Source: a virus
Length of the DNA: 64,000 bases
Virus record (IMG/VR): IMGVR_UViG_3300047476_000972
Location: 1-64,000 of that record
Strand: one strand, 5' to 3'
Shown: piece after piece, positions 9,301-17,911 of the stretch
Numbering within the stretch: the stretch's first letter is position 1
How the letters are laid out: each line of letters opens with the position of its first letter
Notes under the pieces: model-generated
What the model was told of the DNA's origin: nothing
What the model saw: the letters and a program-made list of their open reading frames with translations, nothing else
Databases searched by the model: none
Program-made: the position numbers and the translations under genes

Positions 9301-10824
9301 ACTGGCGTAGTCCGCTGTGCCGATGGGACTGACATGCCAGTCGGTCAGCTAACTCTTGCTGGTGGGCACGCTCCACTAACTGCTAACGCAGCTTCTGCCG
9401 CTAAGCACTATGACGACACCGCTTCTGCGATTGCCGATGTCCACATGGGTGAAGACGAGTACGGTATCTGGTGCTCTGGCTCTGTACGTCCAGACGCAAC
9501 TGAAATGCAGATTCGTGCACTTCGCGCTTCTGCTCCTTCCGGTGACTGGCGTCCAATCAACGGCTCACTTGAGCTTGTTGCTGTTTGCCAAGTAAACGTT
9601 CCAGGCTTCCCGATTGCTCGCGCGATGGTTGCTTCAGGTAAGGTTATGGCTCTAGTTGCAGCTGGCGCAAGCATGATGGCAATCATGAAGAGCCAGCACG
9701 TAGCGACTCTATCTGAGCGTGCACACAACCTAGCCGAGCTCTCGGCTAATGCTCCTGACCTACGCTCTCGCGTTAAGTCAGCTAAGAAGGCTGTAAAGAA
9801 GCAGGCTATTATTGCCGCTGCTACTAAAGCAGAGGAACTAAAGACCCGTGCTCTAGTTGCTGCAGCTGTTGCCGAGCTAGCTAAGTTCTCCGAAGAAGAG
9901 AGATCTGAACTTGCTGACAAGGGCTTCGCGCTTCCAGACGGTTCTTACCCTATTCGTAACGAGCAAGATCTACGTAACGCAATTCAGGCATATGGACGTG
10001 CAAAACGCGAGAAGCGTGTTACCGTTCGCAAGCACATTGTTAAGCGAGCCAAGGCTCTTGGTAAGGCATATCTAATTCCAGACGAATGGAAGTCAGCCGG
10101 ATCAACCGAGGCTGCTACTATTGTTGCTTCGATGCGCTCTCGACTAGCGGAGTTTGCAGAAGCTCCAGCCAAAGAAATTTCTGATGCTGACCTAGAGAAG
10201 CTCAAGGATGCTAAGCAGGAAGCTGACAAGCAAACTGAAGAAGAGATCAAGATTGCTGAAGACATCCGTACAGGTAAGACCACTGCTAAGGAAGTCTATG
10301 ACGCAGAGGGTCGCAGTAAGTACACCCCAAAGACTCAGCCTCGTGATGCTAAGGGAAAGTACCGTAAGGTCCTTGCTCGTCTAAAGCAGAACCTAGGTGT
10401 AGCTGGTCTTCAGAAAGCCCTAGAAAAAGTAGAAACTGCCGAAAACCTAGAGTTTGCTGGTGACTACGTAAACTCGGCTAAAGCCAGCAGTGAGCTACTA
10501 GGGATGATTGATCGTCTAGACACTAAGGCCCTAAACCCTGAGTCTCTAGAGAACGTCCGCTCAACCGCGGCCGAGCTCGGCAAGACCATTGCCAACCTTC
10601 CATTGCCATTCGGCAAGGAAGCTCAGAAAGTTAGATTTAGCGATCTACCTGCCGGACTAAAGACACTCATCGATGGGATGATTTCTCGAGTCGAAGCAAA
10701 GATCGGTAAAGAGGACGCAGACGTTGCAACCGCAAATCTGAAGTCCTTCATGTCCGGAGCAGATGTCTATTCTCAGGCTGAAATTCAGTCAGAGATGAAC
10801 ACCCTGCTCAGACTCCTTACCTAA
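6319..10824 (+). CDS. Multi-domain capsid maturation (prohead) protease
   Basis: Central protease-like segment ESGDGRKF...LPLPLLWQ...GH...VVGRI...RGVSADLD...AATIVAKPAF. Additional phage head domains: IAWALWGG; YWTRGKGAAKIRWGTPGDWTRC; DUF6582-like ALPDGSYPIRNEQDLRNAI. Directly upstream of the capsid gene. Confidence 0.75.
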   Translation: MNHLIGRSGELAFYANNTHGVVIDTAVGAVVASGAALDLFAENKWELSSTPLTQSEQLLADKVIATLEEDAIVASADRMYTIPKSAQAEAEKALAWRKEEGRGGTPVGLNTARTLAKGGQIGIRKIRHIAKYFPRHEVDKKGKGWKPGEDNFPSNGRIAWALWGGDAAWRWARAIVEREDKKENSVTAGGYTISNYVDQINYPKQNEELNPFKYAHELDANYGPEFLARVCLDGSGIDRLYMIDIDGSVHVWDDGCWDNLGHVDGDIWTYDRMLDDVYDLEEKSHVIIDPQSALMIAARMAVDPYCKTSVFDLDSDEAALMEAGIGGEDWEFIDQVITAAASDQDGNYTPEERSANAGNQPRNATGQFAKVGQKVAIGGDAARGSGTIRDIDGATGIVTVDLEDGRSVKVGSKYLVPAEKANSRPNSLRVDDASKAPMDFSGIIGEPRTPQNSKKAHLPGTLPKLDVDAFINNYASWVEKERYKPKNAADKAAVKKRWPNAKFTETSIIAAAEEKEEILTPSTSDVRPRYLAIVDQQDPEAMVDLVAVIPKTATSTTPLVYKREGDKWVQDDQTLADLRSATKPPVIELDKESLKDVLSQMAEGKPTEESAPEAVAASLLTVFDAFVAAGGLDRNRGNAEELRQYWTRGKGAAKIRWGTPGDWTRCVRQLSKYMGPRAKGYCQLRHKDATGVYTGSRLNPGRRNETSSLFASEMDLVQSVVAQSELTARANDARERLGLVAGAKMEHGAKFNIPLLIPEDLESGDGRKFVKDSLSVRELPLPLLWQIKTGDGHMGSVVVGRIDYVERTENGIGNAYGVFDTGAYGQEAERLVRNGFIRGVSADLDQFEAEEEKTENAEDTEDVGKKKLTINHARVMAATIVAKPAFQECTISIEEQPAGDQEDEVIPVDGIYEESVEQEFSGAPLVASGFIDGEIPMTPPAEWFKDPKLTKATPITVDPSGRIYGHIAAWHVNHIGMPRSTRPPRSKSKYAYFHTGVVRCADGTDMPVGQLTLAGGHAPLTANAASAAKHYDDTASAIADVHMGEDEYGIWCSGSVRPDATEMQIRALRASAPSGDWRPINGSLELVAVCQVNVPGFPIARAMVASGKVMALVAAGASMMAIMKSQHVATLSERAHNLAELSANAPDLRSRVKSAKKAVKKQAIIAAATKAEELKTRALVAAAVAELAKFSEEERSELADKGFALPDGSYPIRNEQDLRNAIQAYGRAKREKRVTVRKHIVKRAKALGKAYLIPDEWKSAGSTEAATIVASMRSRLAEFAEAPAKEISDADLEKLKDAKQEADKQTEEEIKIAEDIRTGKTTAKEVYDAEGRSKYTPKTQPRDAKGKYRKVLARLKQNLGVAGLQKALEKVETAENLEFAGDYVNSAKASSELLGMIDRLDTKALNPESLENVRSTAAELGKTIANLPLPFGKEAQKVRFSDLPAGLKTLIDGMISRVEAKIGKEDADVATANLKSFMSGADVYSQAEIQSEMNTLLRLLT

Positions 10825-10831
10825 AAAGTAA

Positions 10832-10839
10832 GGTACAAT
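10832..10839 (+). promoter_or_regulatory. GGTACAAT -10-like promoter motif for the capsid gene
   Basis: Variant of the recurring GGTAAAAT motif, about 110 nt upstream of the capsid GTG. Confidence 0.55.
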
Positions 10840-10847
10840 TAGTGATA

Positions 10848-10952
10848 GGTGGAGCGCCTCGCACATTTCGTGCTGAGTCCCTCAGCCTTGACTGTTCACC
10901 ATGAGTGAGGATTTCTCATTCATAAACCAATACTGGCCTAGGAGGTACAGTG
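10848..10952 (+). promoter_or_regulatory. Structured 5' leader of the major capsid gene (several hairpins; last one occludes the SD and GTG)
   Basis: GCTGAG-TCC-CTCAGC at 10872-10886; ATGAGTGAG-GATTT-CTCATTCAT at 10901-10923; TACTGGCCT/AGGTACAGTG at 10931-10952. Confidence 0.45.
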
Positions 10953-12974
10953 TACGACCAGATTAAAACACAGCTAGACACTCTGGCTGATCTTAGCGAT
11001 GAACAACTCGCTGAGCTTCAGACTCAGATCGTCGGCGAGTTTGAGTCGATCGATGCTGATGAACCAACTTCTCAGTCAGTTGATGCGATGACATCCCTTG
11101 CGGATTCCCTTGACATCGTACGTGGTGAGCTTTCTCGTCGCGAGGCCCTCGCTGAAGAGTTAGCTGCTCGTGCGGCTGAGGCTACTGCCCGTATTAAGGG
11201 TGGAGCTGAAGAAGGAGAGGAAATGGCTATGGAAGACATGCCAATCGTGGAAGAGGCCCCTGTAGAAGAGGCCCCTGTTGAGGAAGCCCCAGTAGTAGAA
11301 GCAGAGGAAACTCCTGCTGACGAAGTTACTGAGACTCCTGAAGAGGAAAAGAAGGAAGAGGAAGAGGACAAGGAAGAGCCTATGAAGGCATCTGCTGAGA
11401 CCGAAACCGCTCCTGAAACTTCAGCATCAATTGACCAGGAATCAGGTTCTGAACTATCGACCGAATCGGTTGAGACTGTTGACGAGACCATTACTGCAGA
11501 CGGTTCTGCTGAGGAAGTAGTTGCTGATGAAGCACCTGCTGCCGAGGTAGAAGTAGAGACTATCGAAGCCGCGGCCGAGGTAGTTGTAGAAGCAGTAGAG
11601 GGATCAGAAGCATCAGCCGAAGAAACCACTTTAGAAACAACAACCGCTCTTGTAGAAGAGCAGAAAGAGCAGGCACTAGTGAGCGCCGCAGCAGAACAGC
11701 CTTTTGAGGCTCCAGCTGACCGTCAGCCTGTAGTTCAGGTATCAGAGGCAGCTCCAGTGGCAATTACCGCTGGCGCAGACATCCCTGGCTACACCGCAGG
11801 CAGCACCATTAACGACATGTACGAAGTAGCTTCGGCTATGGAGAAGCGTATCCACTCGCTACGTCGTGTAAACGGCGGCGATGGAGAGCAGCACATCGTT
11901 GCATCTATCACCACCCAGTACCCAGAAGAGCGTACCCTAACTGCTAACGCAGAAGAGAACGCACTGAAGATTGGTAACGTTGTAGGTCAGGACGCACTTG
12001 TTGCTTCTGGTGGCCACGCTGCTCCATTCGAAGTCAAGTACGACATCTTCTCGATCGGTTCAACCACTGTACGCCCAGTTCGCGATGCATTGCCTCGCTT
12101 CCAGGCTGACCGTGGCGGTATCCGCTTCGTAACTCCACCATCATTCGCTGCTGGTACCTACGCTGACGCTGTTGGTGTATGGACTGCTGCAACTGATGCT
12201 GACCCACAGTCTGCTACCAAGACTAGCTACACCGTAGTCGCTGCTTCAGAGAACACCGTTTCTACTGACGCTGTTACTCTGCAGCTACAGTTTGGTAACC
12301 TCATGACTCGTGCTTACCCAGAGTTGATTGCTCGCCACAACGAGCTAGCTCTTGTACAGCACGCTCGCGAGGCTGAGCAGAACTTGCTAAGCAAGATTGG
12401 TGACGCATCTACTGCTGTTACTACCACTAACCTAATCGGTTTTGGTCGTGACTTCCTAGTTCAGATCCGTCGTGCAGCTGTTGCTTACCGCTCACGTCAC
12501 CGCATTGACCCACAGACCCGCTTGAAGGCAATCGTTCCTTCATGGATCTACGAGGCAATGGCAGCTGACCTAACTCTATCGATGCCTGGTGACGGTACTC
12601 TTGCAGTATCAAAGTCAGAAATCGACGGCTACCTAGCAACCGTTAACGTTGACCTAGTAGCTTCTCTAGACGCAACTGTCTTCGGCTCACAGGGTGCATC
12701 TGCACTTCTAGAGTTCCCAGACAGCTTCGTTTGGTACCTATTCGCTGAGGGAACATTCTTGTTCCTAGACGGCGGTACCCTAGACCTAGGTATCATCCGT
12801 GACTCTTCACTAGTCGGCACCAACGACTACAAGATGTTCACTGAGACCTTTGAGAATGTTGCTAAGGTCGGCATCGAGGCTCTTAAGATCACCTCGACCA
12901 TCTCAATCAACGGTGTTGCTGCAGCTCTGCGCGACACCACTGGTGGCACCGCTGCAGCCACCATCGAGCTCTAA
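10950..12974 (+). CDS. Major capsid protein with N-terminal acidic scaffold region (hexamer-type MCP)
   Basis: AGGAGG SD with GTG start. N-terminal helical and E/A/P-rich low-complexity region, then a capsid-like domain after LVASGG (ALPRFQADRGG...LDLGIIRDSSLVGTNDYKMFTETFE). Confidence 0.85.
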   Translation: MYDQIKTQLDTLADLSDEQLAELQTQIVGEFESIDADEPTSQSVDAMTSLADSLDIVRGELSRREALAEELAARAAEATARIKGGAEEGEEMAMEDMPIVEEAPVEEAPVEEAPVVEAEETPADEVTETPEEEKKEEEEDKEEPMKASAETETAPETSASIDQESGSELSTESVETVDETITADGSAEEVVADEAPAAEVEVETIEAAAEVVVEAVEGSEASAEETTLETTTALVEEQKEQALVSAAAEQPFEAPADRQPVVQVSEAAPVAITAGADIPGYTAGSTINDMYEVASAMEKRIHSLRRVNGGDGEQHIVASITTQYPEERTLTANAEENALKIGNVVGQDALVASGGHAAPFEVKYDIFSIGSTTVRPVRDALPRFQADRGGIRFVTPPSFAAGTYADAVGVWTAATDADPQSATKTSYTVVAASENTVSTDAVTLQLQFGNLMTRAYPELIARHNELALVQHAREAEQNLLSKIGDASTAVTTTNLIGFGRDFLVQIRRAAVAYRSRHRIDPQTRLKAIVPSWIYEAMAADLTLSMPGDGTLAVSKSEIDGYLATVNVDLVASLDATVFGSQGASALLEFPDSFVWYLFAEGTFLFLDGGTLDLGIIRDSSLVGTNDYKMFTETFENVAKVGIEALKITSTISINGVAAALRDTTGGTAAATIEL

Positions 12975-13000
12975 TAGTTCGATAAAGCAGTTATCGTTGA

Positions 13001-13024
13001 GGGAGGGTCCTTCGGGGCCCTCCC
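13001..13024 (+). terminator. Stable hairpin with cUUCGg tetraloop after the capsid gene (terminator or mRNA stabiliser)
   Basis: GGGAGGGTCC-TTCG-GGGCCCTCCC; no U-tract. Confidence 0.65.
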
Positions 13025-13064
13025 AATACGAGTAAAAACATAGACTTTATTTAGAGGATTTTAA

Positions 13065-13940
13065 ATGGCTTTCACAAAGACTGGTGTTGTAACAGCACCG
13101 AAGATTGTGCCATCAGCTTTTGGCCTACTCGCTGTAGTCAAGCCAGAAAATGGTCCTAACGAGGACCAGTGGGTCCGCGGATTCTCCCAAGAATGGGAAA
13201 CAACCCTTTACTCAGCAACTAACTGGGACGACACCGACTCTACTGATGGCGAAGTTGTCGCTGCTGGAGCACCAACTTACTACACCGAAATTAAGCCTTG
13301 GTTTATCGAGGCAGAAGAGCTACGCTCTACCCTAGGTTTTAGCGGTCTTGACCGTATCGAGCGACTAAAGCGTCAGCTAGAGGGCATCACTCAGCACGCT
13401 ATGGAAGTTGAACTCTGGGACGGTGCAGTTCGTAAGGGTGAGTCACACGCTAATCTGGCTCTTTCCGATGCCGCTGCTACCATTCTCAATAGCGGATCTG
13501 CTCTCTCGCCTAAGCGTGCACTTGCTCTTCTAGAGCACTCAATCGGTCAGGTATCAGACGGTGGCGAGCAGGGTGTAATTCACATGACTCGCGATGTTGC
13601 AGCTCTTCTAGCTAGCAACTCAAACATGCTTTTCCACGACGCCGGAACAGAACACCTACAAACCATGGGTGGGACTCCAGTAGTTGTTGGATCTGGTTAT
13701 TCAGGCACTGGTCCTGATGGTGCAACTGGTGCTACCGCGTCAGTCACCAACAAATGGATTTACGCCACTGGCACCGTCCGCACTTATGTGGGCGATGTTG
13801 ATGTCGTGAACGACAATCTAAGCCAAGCTTACGATGTGTCGGGTAATGCGAATGACATGCGTCTCAAAGCAATCCGCCCAGCCGCGGCTTACTTTGATAC
13901 ATCAATCCACCTTGCTGTTCGAGTCGATCTAACAGCCTAA
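13065..13940 (+). CDS. Second capsid protein (pentamer-type)
   Basis: 291 aa immediately after the MCP. Motifs GVIHMTR and TMGGTPVVVGSGY...WIYATG resemble the second capsid gene of actinophages with split hexamer/pentamer capsids. Confidence 0.6.
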   Translation: MAFTKTGVVTAPKIVPSAFGLLAVVKPENGPNEDQWVRGFSQEWETTLYSATNWDDTDSTDGEVVAAGAPTYYTEIKPWFIEAEELRSTLGFSGLDRIERLKRQLEGITQHAMEVELWDGAVRKGESHANLALSDAAATILNSGSALSPKRALALLEHSIGQVSDGGEQGVIHMTRDVAALLASNSNMLFHDAGTEHLQTMGGTPVVVGSGYSGTGPDGATGATASVTNKWIYATGTVRTYVGDVDVVNDNLSQAYDVSGNANDMRLKAIRPAAAYFDTSIHLAVRVDLTA

Positions 13941-13959
13941 ACCTAAGGAGAATAGCTAA

Positions 13960-15105
13960 ATGGCTACTCAAGAATATGCAGCTAGCATCCAGGGTGTGTC
14001 TATTCGCGTCACCCGTCTGGATTCTGCCGGCAACTTGATGACTGGTCCAGGAGACAGCTATACCACCTCTGCATTCATGCGTATCTCGTTCACTCCAGAA
14101 TATGAAGAGGGCGACGAGATCACTGAAAAGGGTGCAAACGGTGTTGTATGTGTAACCTACAAGGCACCAGACACACTGAAGCGTATCACCATGGAGCTCG
14201 CAATCTGTGAGCCAGACCCAGAGCTTTCAGCTCTATTGTCTGGTGGTCTACTGCTTCGCAAGAACATCGGATCTTCTGAAGACCCTAACCTAAAGTCTGT
14301 CGGTTGGGCAGCTCCTGGTGTTGGTGACGACCCTGCTGGTAACGGTGTTGCCATCGAGGCTTGGTCACACGCTGTTAAGGACGGAAAGCGCGCTGGCGTT
14401 CTTCCTTACTTCCACTGGGTATTCCCATACGTGAAGATGCGTCAGTCAGGTGACCGCGTTATTGAAAATGGTCTATTGGCTAACACATTCGAAGGCTTTG
14501 GCCTTGGAAACTCGGCCTTCCAGTCTGGTATTGATGGCCGCTGGGAATTCCCAGTTGCTGCAGAGCGTCCATACGCTTACGCACGTGCCGACTGGGCTCC
14601 AACCGGTCTAAACGGCTTCTACACTTGGACTGATGGAACTGGTCCAGTTGTATTTACCGCACCAAACGCTAAGTCACCTACTGCGATCAACATTGAGAGT
14701 GCTGCAGCTACTTACGCTAGCTCGACTGGTACTGCAACTCTTACCTTCAGCGCGGCTCACGGTATCTCGGCTAATGACCAGATTTATGTCCAGAATGTTG
14801 GCGCAGCGTTTAACGGCACCTACACTGTATCTTCTTCTGTTGGTGCGACTGGTACTGGCGGAACCTACACTGTTAGCTACGTAAGCACTGGCGTCACTGA
14901 TGCCATCACTAGCTTCGACGTATCGTCTGGTGCTCGTGTAACAGTTACTAACTCGGTAACTGAAACTCACCCAGCTCCTACCGCTGTAACTAGCGCACAG
15001 CTTGGTGCTGATGCTGATGACACCAGCTACAACGTACCTGGAAACATCAACTACAACGCTGACAACGACATCGACAACATCATCGTTTCGAACGAGTCAG
15101 AGTAA
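13960..15105 (+). CDS. Major tail (tube) protein with C-terminal accessory beta domain
   Basis: N-terminal QGVSIRVTRLD..G and EEGDEITEKGANG..C, typical of actinophage tail tube proteins; AAGGAG SD. Confidence 0.75.
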   Translation: MATQEYAASIQGVSIRVTRLDSAGNLMTGPGDSYTTSAFMRISFTPEYEEGDEITEKGANGVVCVTYKAPDTLKRITMELAICEPDPELSALLSGGLLLRKNIGSSEDPNLKSVGWAAPGVGDDPAGNGVAIEAWSHAVKDGKRAGVLPYFHWVFPYVKMRQSGDRVIENGLLANTFEGFGLGNSAFQSGIDGRWEFPVAAERPYAYARADWAPTGLNGFYTWTDGTGPVVFTAPNAKSPTAINIESAAATYASSTGTATLTFSAAHGISANDQIYVQNVGAAFNGTYTVSSSVGATGTGGTYTVSYVSTGVTDAITSFDVSSGARVTVTNSVTETHPAPTAVTSAQLGADADDTSYNVPGNINYNADNDIDNIIVSNESE

Positions 15106-15119
15106 CAACTACTAAGTAA

Positions 15120-15162
15120 AACGGGTGGCGCACTGGTCTAATAAGCTAGTACGCCACCCGTT
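15120..15162 (+). terminator. Intrinsic terminator-like hairpin after the major tail gene
   Basis: AACGGGTGGCG ... CGCCACCCGTT 11-bp inverted repeat with further inner pairing. Confidence 0.65.
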
Positions 15163-15183
15163 AAACTTAGAAGAGAGGTTTAT

Positions 15184-16287
15184 ATGACAAATAACTTTTG
15201 GATCCAGCCCGAAGAGCTTGGCGATTACTCATATACAGAGTTCACCGAAGAAGCTGTTCGCACTGCGTCATACCTTCTCTGGGCCATGTCAGGTCGCAAG
15301 TACACTGGTGAAACCACGGTAACTGAGCGTTACACCTGTACCCTACGCAATAACCGACTCGGCCCTTCAACTAAAACTAACTCTCCAGTCCTTTTCGGTG
15401 GAGATGTCTACAACATTCCTTCTGGGGATTACGACGAATACTCCGAACTAACCTCTGACGGTATGTCCCCAGACTCGCGCATCCGACTACGCGGGCGTCC
15501 AGTAACTAAGATTCACGCCATTCGTAATCGTCTTGGTGACATAATTGACCCATCTAACTACTACCTCGTTGATCACTCAACTGTGCACGTTAAGGCCGGA
15601 ACTCCTTGGACCCCATGCAATACTGAGGTTACATACTCATACGGTACTCCAGTTCCTGCTGTTGGAAAGATGGCAGCTAGAACCCTCGCCATTGAGTTCA
15701 TCAAGCTTTGGTCTGATGACGACACGTGCCAGCTCCCTCAGCGCGTGACCTCCGTTTCACGTCAGGGCGTTTCCTACACCATTCTTGACAACCAAGAGTT
15801 CATCGAAGAACTTCGTACTGGCCTATACGTCATTGACCTATTCCTCAAGACCGTGAACCCAGACAACGCTCGACGTAAGTCGAAGGTATTCTCTCCAGAT
15901 CAGCCTCGCGCTAGACGTTACTCGCCGAAAGCTCTTGTACTTACTGCTGATGCCGACTTTGACTTGGCCCTAGTCAAGGGAGCTTCTGCAAGCTGGACAT
16001 CCACCGGCCTTGATGTTGACCTAAGCAACTTCGAAGAGGACTGGGACCCACTAGTTCAAATCAATAGCTATAGCGGTATTCGCTCTACCAACTTAGATAG
16101 CTCTGACGTCACTCTATCTTCTAACAATACTGTTCTAAGCTTCACCGTTCCATATGCAAAGGCAAATGCTCCACTTGGAATGGTTGACCCGGGTTATTGG
16201 ACTCTCTACGCTACAAAAACTATTGACGGCGTAGAGAACCTAGTAGAACTTGCTTCTGGAAACCTCCAGATCAAGATGTATAGCTAA
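15184..16287 (+). CDS. Head-to-tail adaptor with C-terminal extension
   Basis: ASYLLWAMSGRKY...YSYG..VP....MAA..LA.E...CQLPQRVTSVSRQGVS adaptor-like motifs; position in the module. Confidence 0.7.
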   Translation: MTNNFWIQPEELGDYSYTEFTEEAVRTASYLLWAMSGRKYTGETTVTERYTCTLRNNRLGPSTKTNSPVLFGGDVYNIPSGDYDEYSELTSDGMSPDSRIRLRGRPVTKIHAIRNRLGDIIDPSNYYLVDHSTVHVKAGTPWTPCNTEVTYSYGTPVPAVGKMAARTLAIEFIKLWSDDDTCQLPQRVTSVSRQGVSYTILDNQEFIEELRTGLYVIDLFLKTVNPDNARRKSKVFSPDQPRARRYSPKALVLTADADFDLALVKGASASWTSTGLDVDLSNFEEDWDPLVQINSYSGIRSTNLDSSDVTLSSNNTVLSFTVPYAKANAPLGMVDPGYWTLYATKTIDGVENLVELASGNLQIKMYS

Positions 16288-16298
16288 GAGAGGTAAAT

Positions 16299-16487
16299 AT
16301 GTCAATTCAGACTAATTTCCGCGCTCAGGACATGCTTGGTACCGCTAAGCCTGCCCCTAAGGCTGCTCCTGCTCCTAAGAAGGTGGCTACTAAGCCAGCT
16401 CCTAAGGTAGAGGCTCCTAAGGTAGAGGCTCCAGTGGTAGAGGTTGTAGCTGAGGCAGAACCTGCTGTTGACGTTGTAGAGGAGTAA
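16299..16487 (+). CDS. Small Ala/Pro/Lys/Glu-rich hypothetical protein
   Basis: GAGGT SD; fills the gap between adjacent genes; low-complexity PKVEA repeats. Confidence 0.6.
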   Translation: MSIQTNFRAQDMLGTAKPAPKAAPAPKKVATKPAPKVEAPKVEAPVVEVVAEAEPAVDVVEE

Positions 16488-16489
16488 AA

Positions 16490-16999
16490 ATGACAACGAC
16501 CGCTATTGACTTTACTGGTGTTACCGAAGATGCAACAAACCTTCGTGACATGATGGAAGGTGTACTCGAGCGCGTCCAGTCTATTTTTCAGTCCTACAAC
16601 GTAGAGCTTCCTCAGAGGAAGTATTGGACGATGGGGCAACCAGCTATTGATTGTGAGCAGCTGGTTGTTTCATTCGTTCAGATGTATTTAGGCGCGCCTG
16701 GCGCTCAGGTTGCTGAACCTCAGCGTTGCCACGTTCCTCGCAGTGCGACTCTTAACATTATGATTTCTAGGGCTACTCCTATTGTTGGTCAGAATGGTAG
16801 ACCTCCAGCTCCTACAAAGATTCAGCAAGCGTCCGAGACTCTGGCAATTGACTCATGGGTTCTTATGCAGTCAGTAAACTTGCTTGATCAGTGGGATGAG
16901 ACTGGCTACGGCGTTGGTGTTATTGCAACTCTAGAAGCTGGATCGCCTGAAGGTGGGTTCCAAACCACGACTATGAACGTCACTATGGCGGTCCCATAA
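16490..16999 (+). CDS. Tail completion/terminator-like protein
   Basis: Size and position between adaptor and tail chaperones; ends in G.PEGG..T.MNVT. Confidence 0.5.
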   Translation: MTTTAIDFTGVTEDATNLRDMMEGVLERVQSIFQSYNVELPQRKYWTMGQPAIDCEQLVVSFVQMYLGAPGAQVAEPQRCHVPRSATLNIMISRATPIVGQNGRPPAPTKIQQASETLAIDSWVLMQSVNLLDQWDETGYGVGVIATLEAGSPEGGFQTTTMNVTMAVP

Positions 17000-17000
17000 A

Positions 17001-17525
17001 ATGCCAGCTTGGGGACTAGTCCCAGACAGTCCGTGGATATATGCGGCTCAGAAGTTTGGTGGTAAATATAAAGGAAAGTATCACCCGAAGCCACTTGGAC
17101 GAGGTGGACTTTCCGCTGGATTTACTTTTGCAAGCTCTACAGTCAAAATATATAAAACTGCTCTTAACTACCAGACTCACGATCCGTCTGGAATGGTTGG
17201 TTCTTACCTACACAAAATAGGAAAAAGAATTGAAAGAGGGGCTAAAAGACAAGTTGGAGTTCAGAGTGGCAAGCTGCGCCGTAGCATTAACCTACAACAT
17301 ATAGCTTTTAGAGAAGGTGCAGCCATTAAGGTTGGATCTAATGTGAACTATGCTCTCCTACATCACGAAGGCTCTAGGCCTCACATAATTACCCCTGACC
17401 CACCTAATACAGTTTTGGTATTTGGCAGAGGATCTCGCGTAATTCATACCAGAGCTGTTAACCACCCTGGCACTAAACCTAATAGATACCTATCTGATCA
17501 ACTCAGAATCCACGTAAGAGGGTAA
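17001..17525 (+). CDS. Neck / HK97 gp10-like tail completion protein
   Basis: SGKLRRSI...VGSNVNYALLHHEGSRPH...VNHPGTKPNRYL. Confidence 0.65.
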   Translation: MPAWGLVPDSPWIYAAQKFGGKYKGKYHPKPLGRGGLSAGFTFASSTVKIYKTALNYQTHDPSGMVGSYLHKIGKRIERGAKRQVGVQSGKLRRSINLQHIAFREGAAIKVGSNVNYALLHHEGSRPHIITPDPPNTVLVFGRGSRVIHTRAVNHPGTKPNRYLSDQLRIHVRG

Positions 17526-17528
17526 AAT
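17521..17528 (+). promoter_or_regulatory. GGTAAAAT promoter motif upstream of the tail assembly chaperone
   Basis: Exact copy of the recurring octamer, 47 nt before ATG 17576. Confidence 0.5.
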
Positions 17529-17575
17529 AGAAGTACTGCTATTTGGCAGGAACAAGAAAGAAAGACATAAATAAT

Positions 17576-17911
17576 ATGACTAAATTCAAGGACTTTGGTA
17601 CGGGCCCAGACCTGTCCAATGTAGAGCCAATCACCTTCGCACTCCACGGAGAGACTTTTGAGTGCAAGAAAGCTGTTCCAGGTAAGCTTCTTCTTAGCCT
17701 AGTTGCTAAGTCAAAGTCGGAGGATCCAGCTGAAGCTGCTGCAACTATCGGAGATTTCTTCTCTAAGGTTCTACTATCTGACAGCTACACCCGCTTTGAT
17801 GCTCTACTAGAAGACCCGGATCGAATCGTAACTGTAGAGCAGTTGGGTGAGATTACTGGCTGGATTGTAGAGCAGTTCGGTGACCGCCCGGAAGAGCAGC
17901 CAGAGGCTTAG
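17576..17911 (+). CDS. Tail assembly chaperone (G-like)
   Basis: Two ORFs precede the tape measure gene. ATG 17576 is preferred over the TTG at 17543. Ends ...QFGDRPEEQPEA. Confidence 0.75.
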   Translation: MTKFKDFGTGPDLSNVEPITFALHGETFECKKAVPGKLLLSLVAKSKSEDPAEAAATIGDFFSKVLLSDSYTRFDALLEDPDRIVTVEQLGEITGWIVEQFGDRPEEQPEA

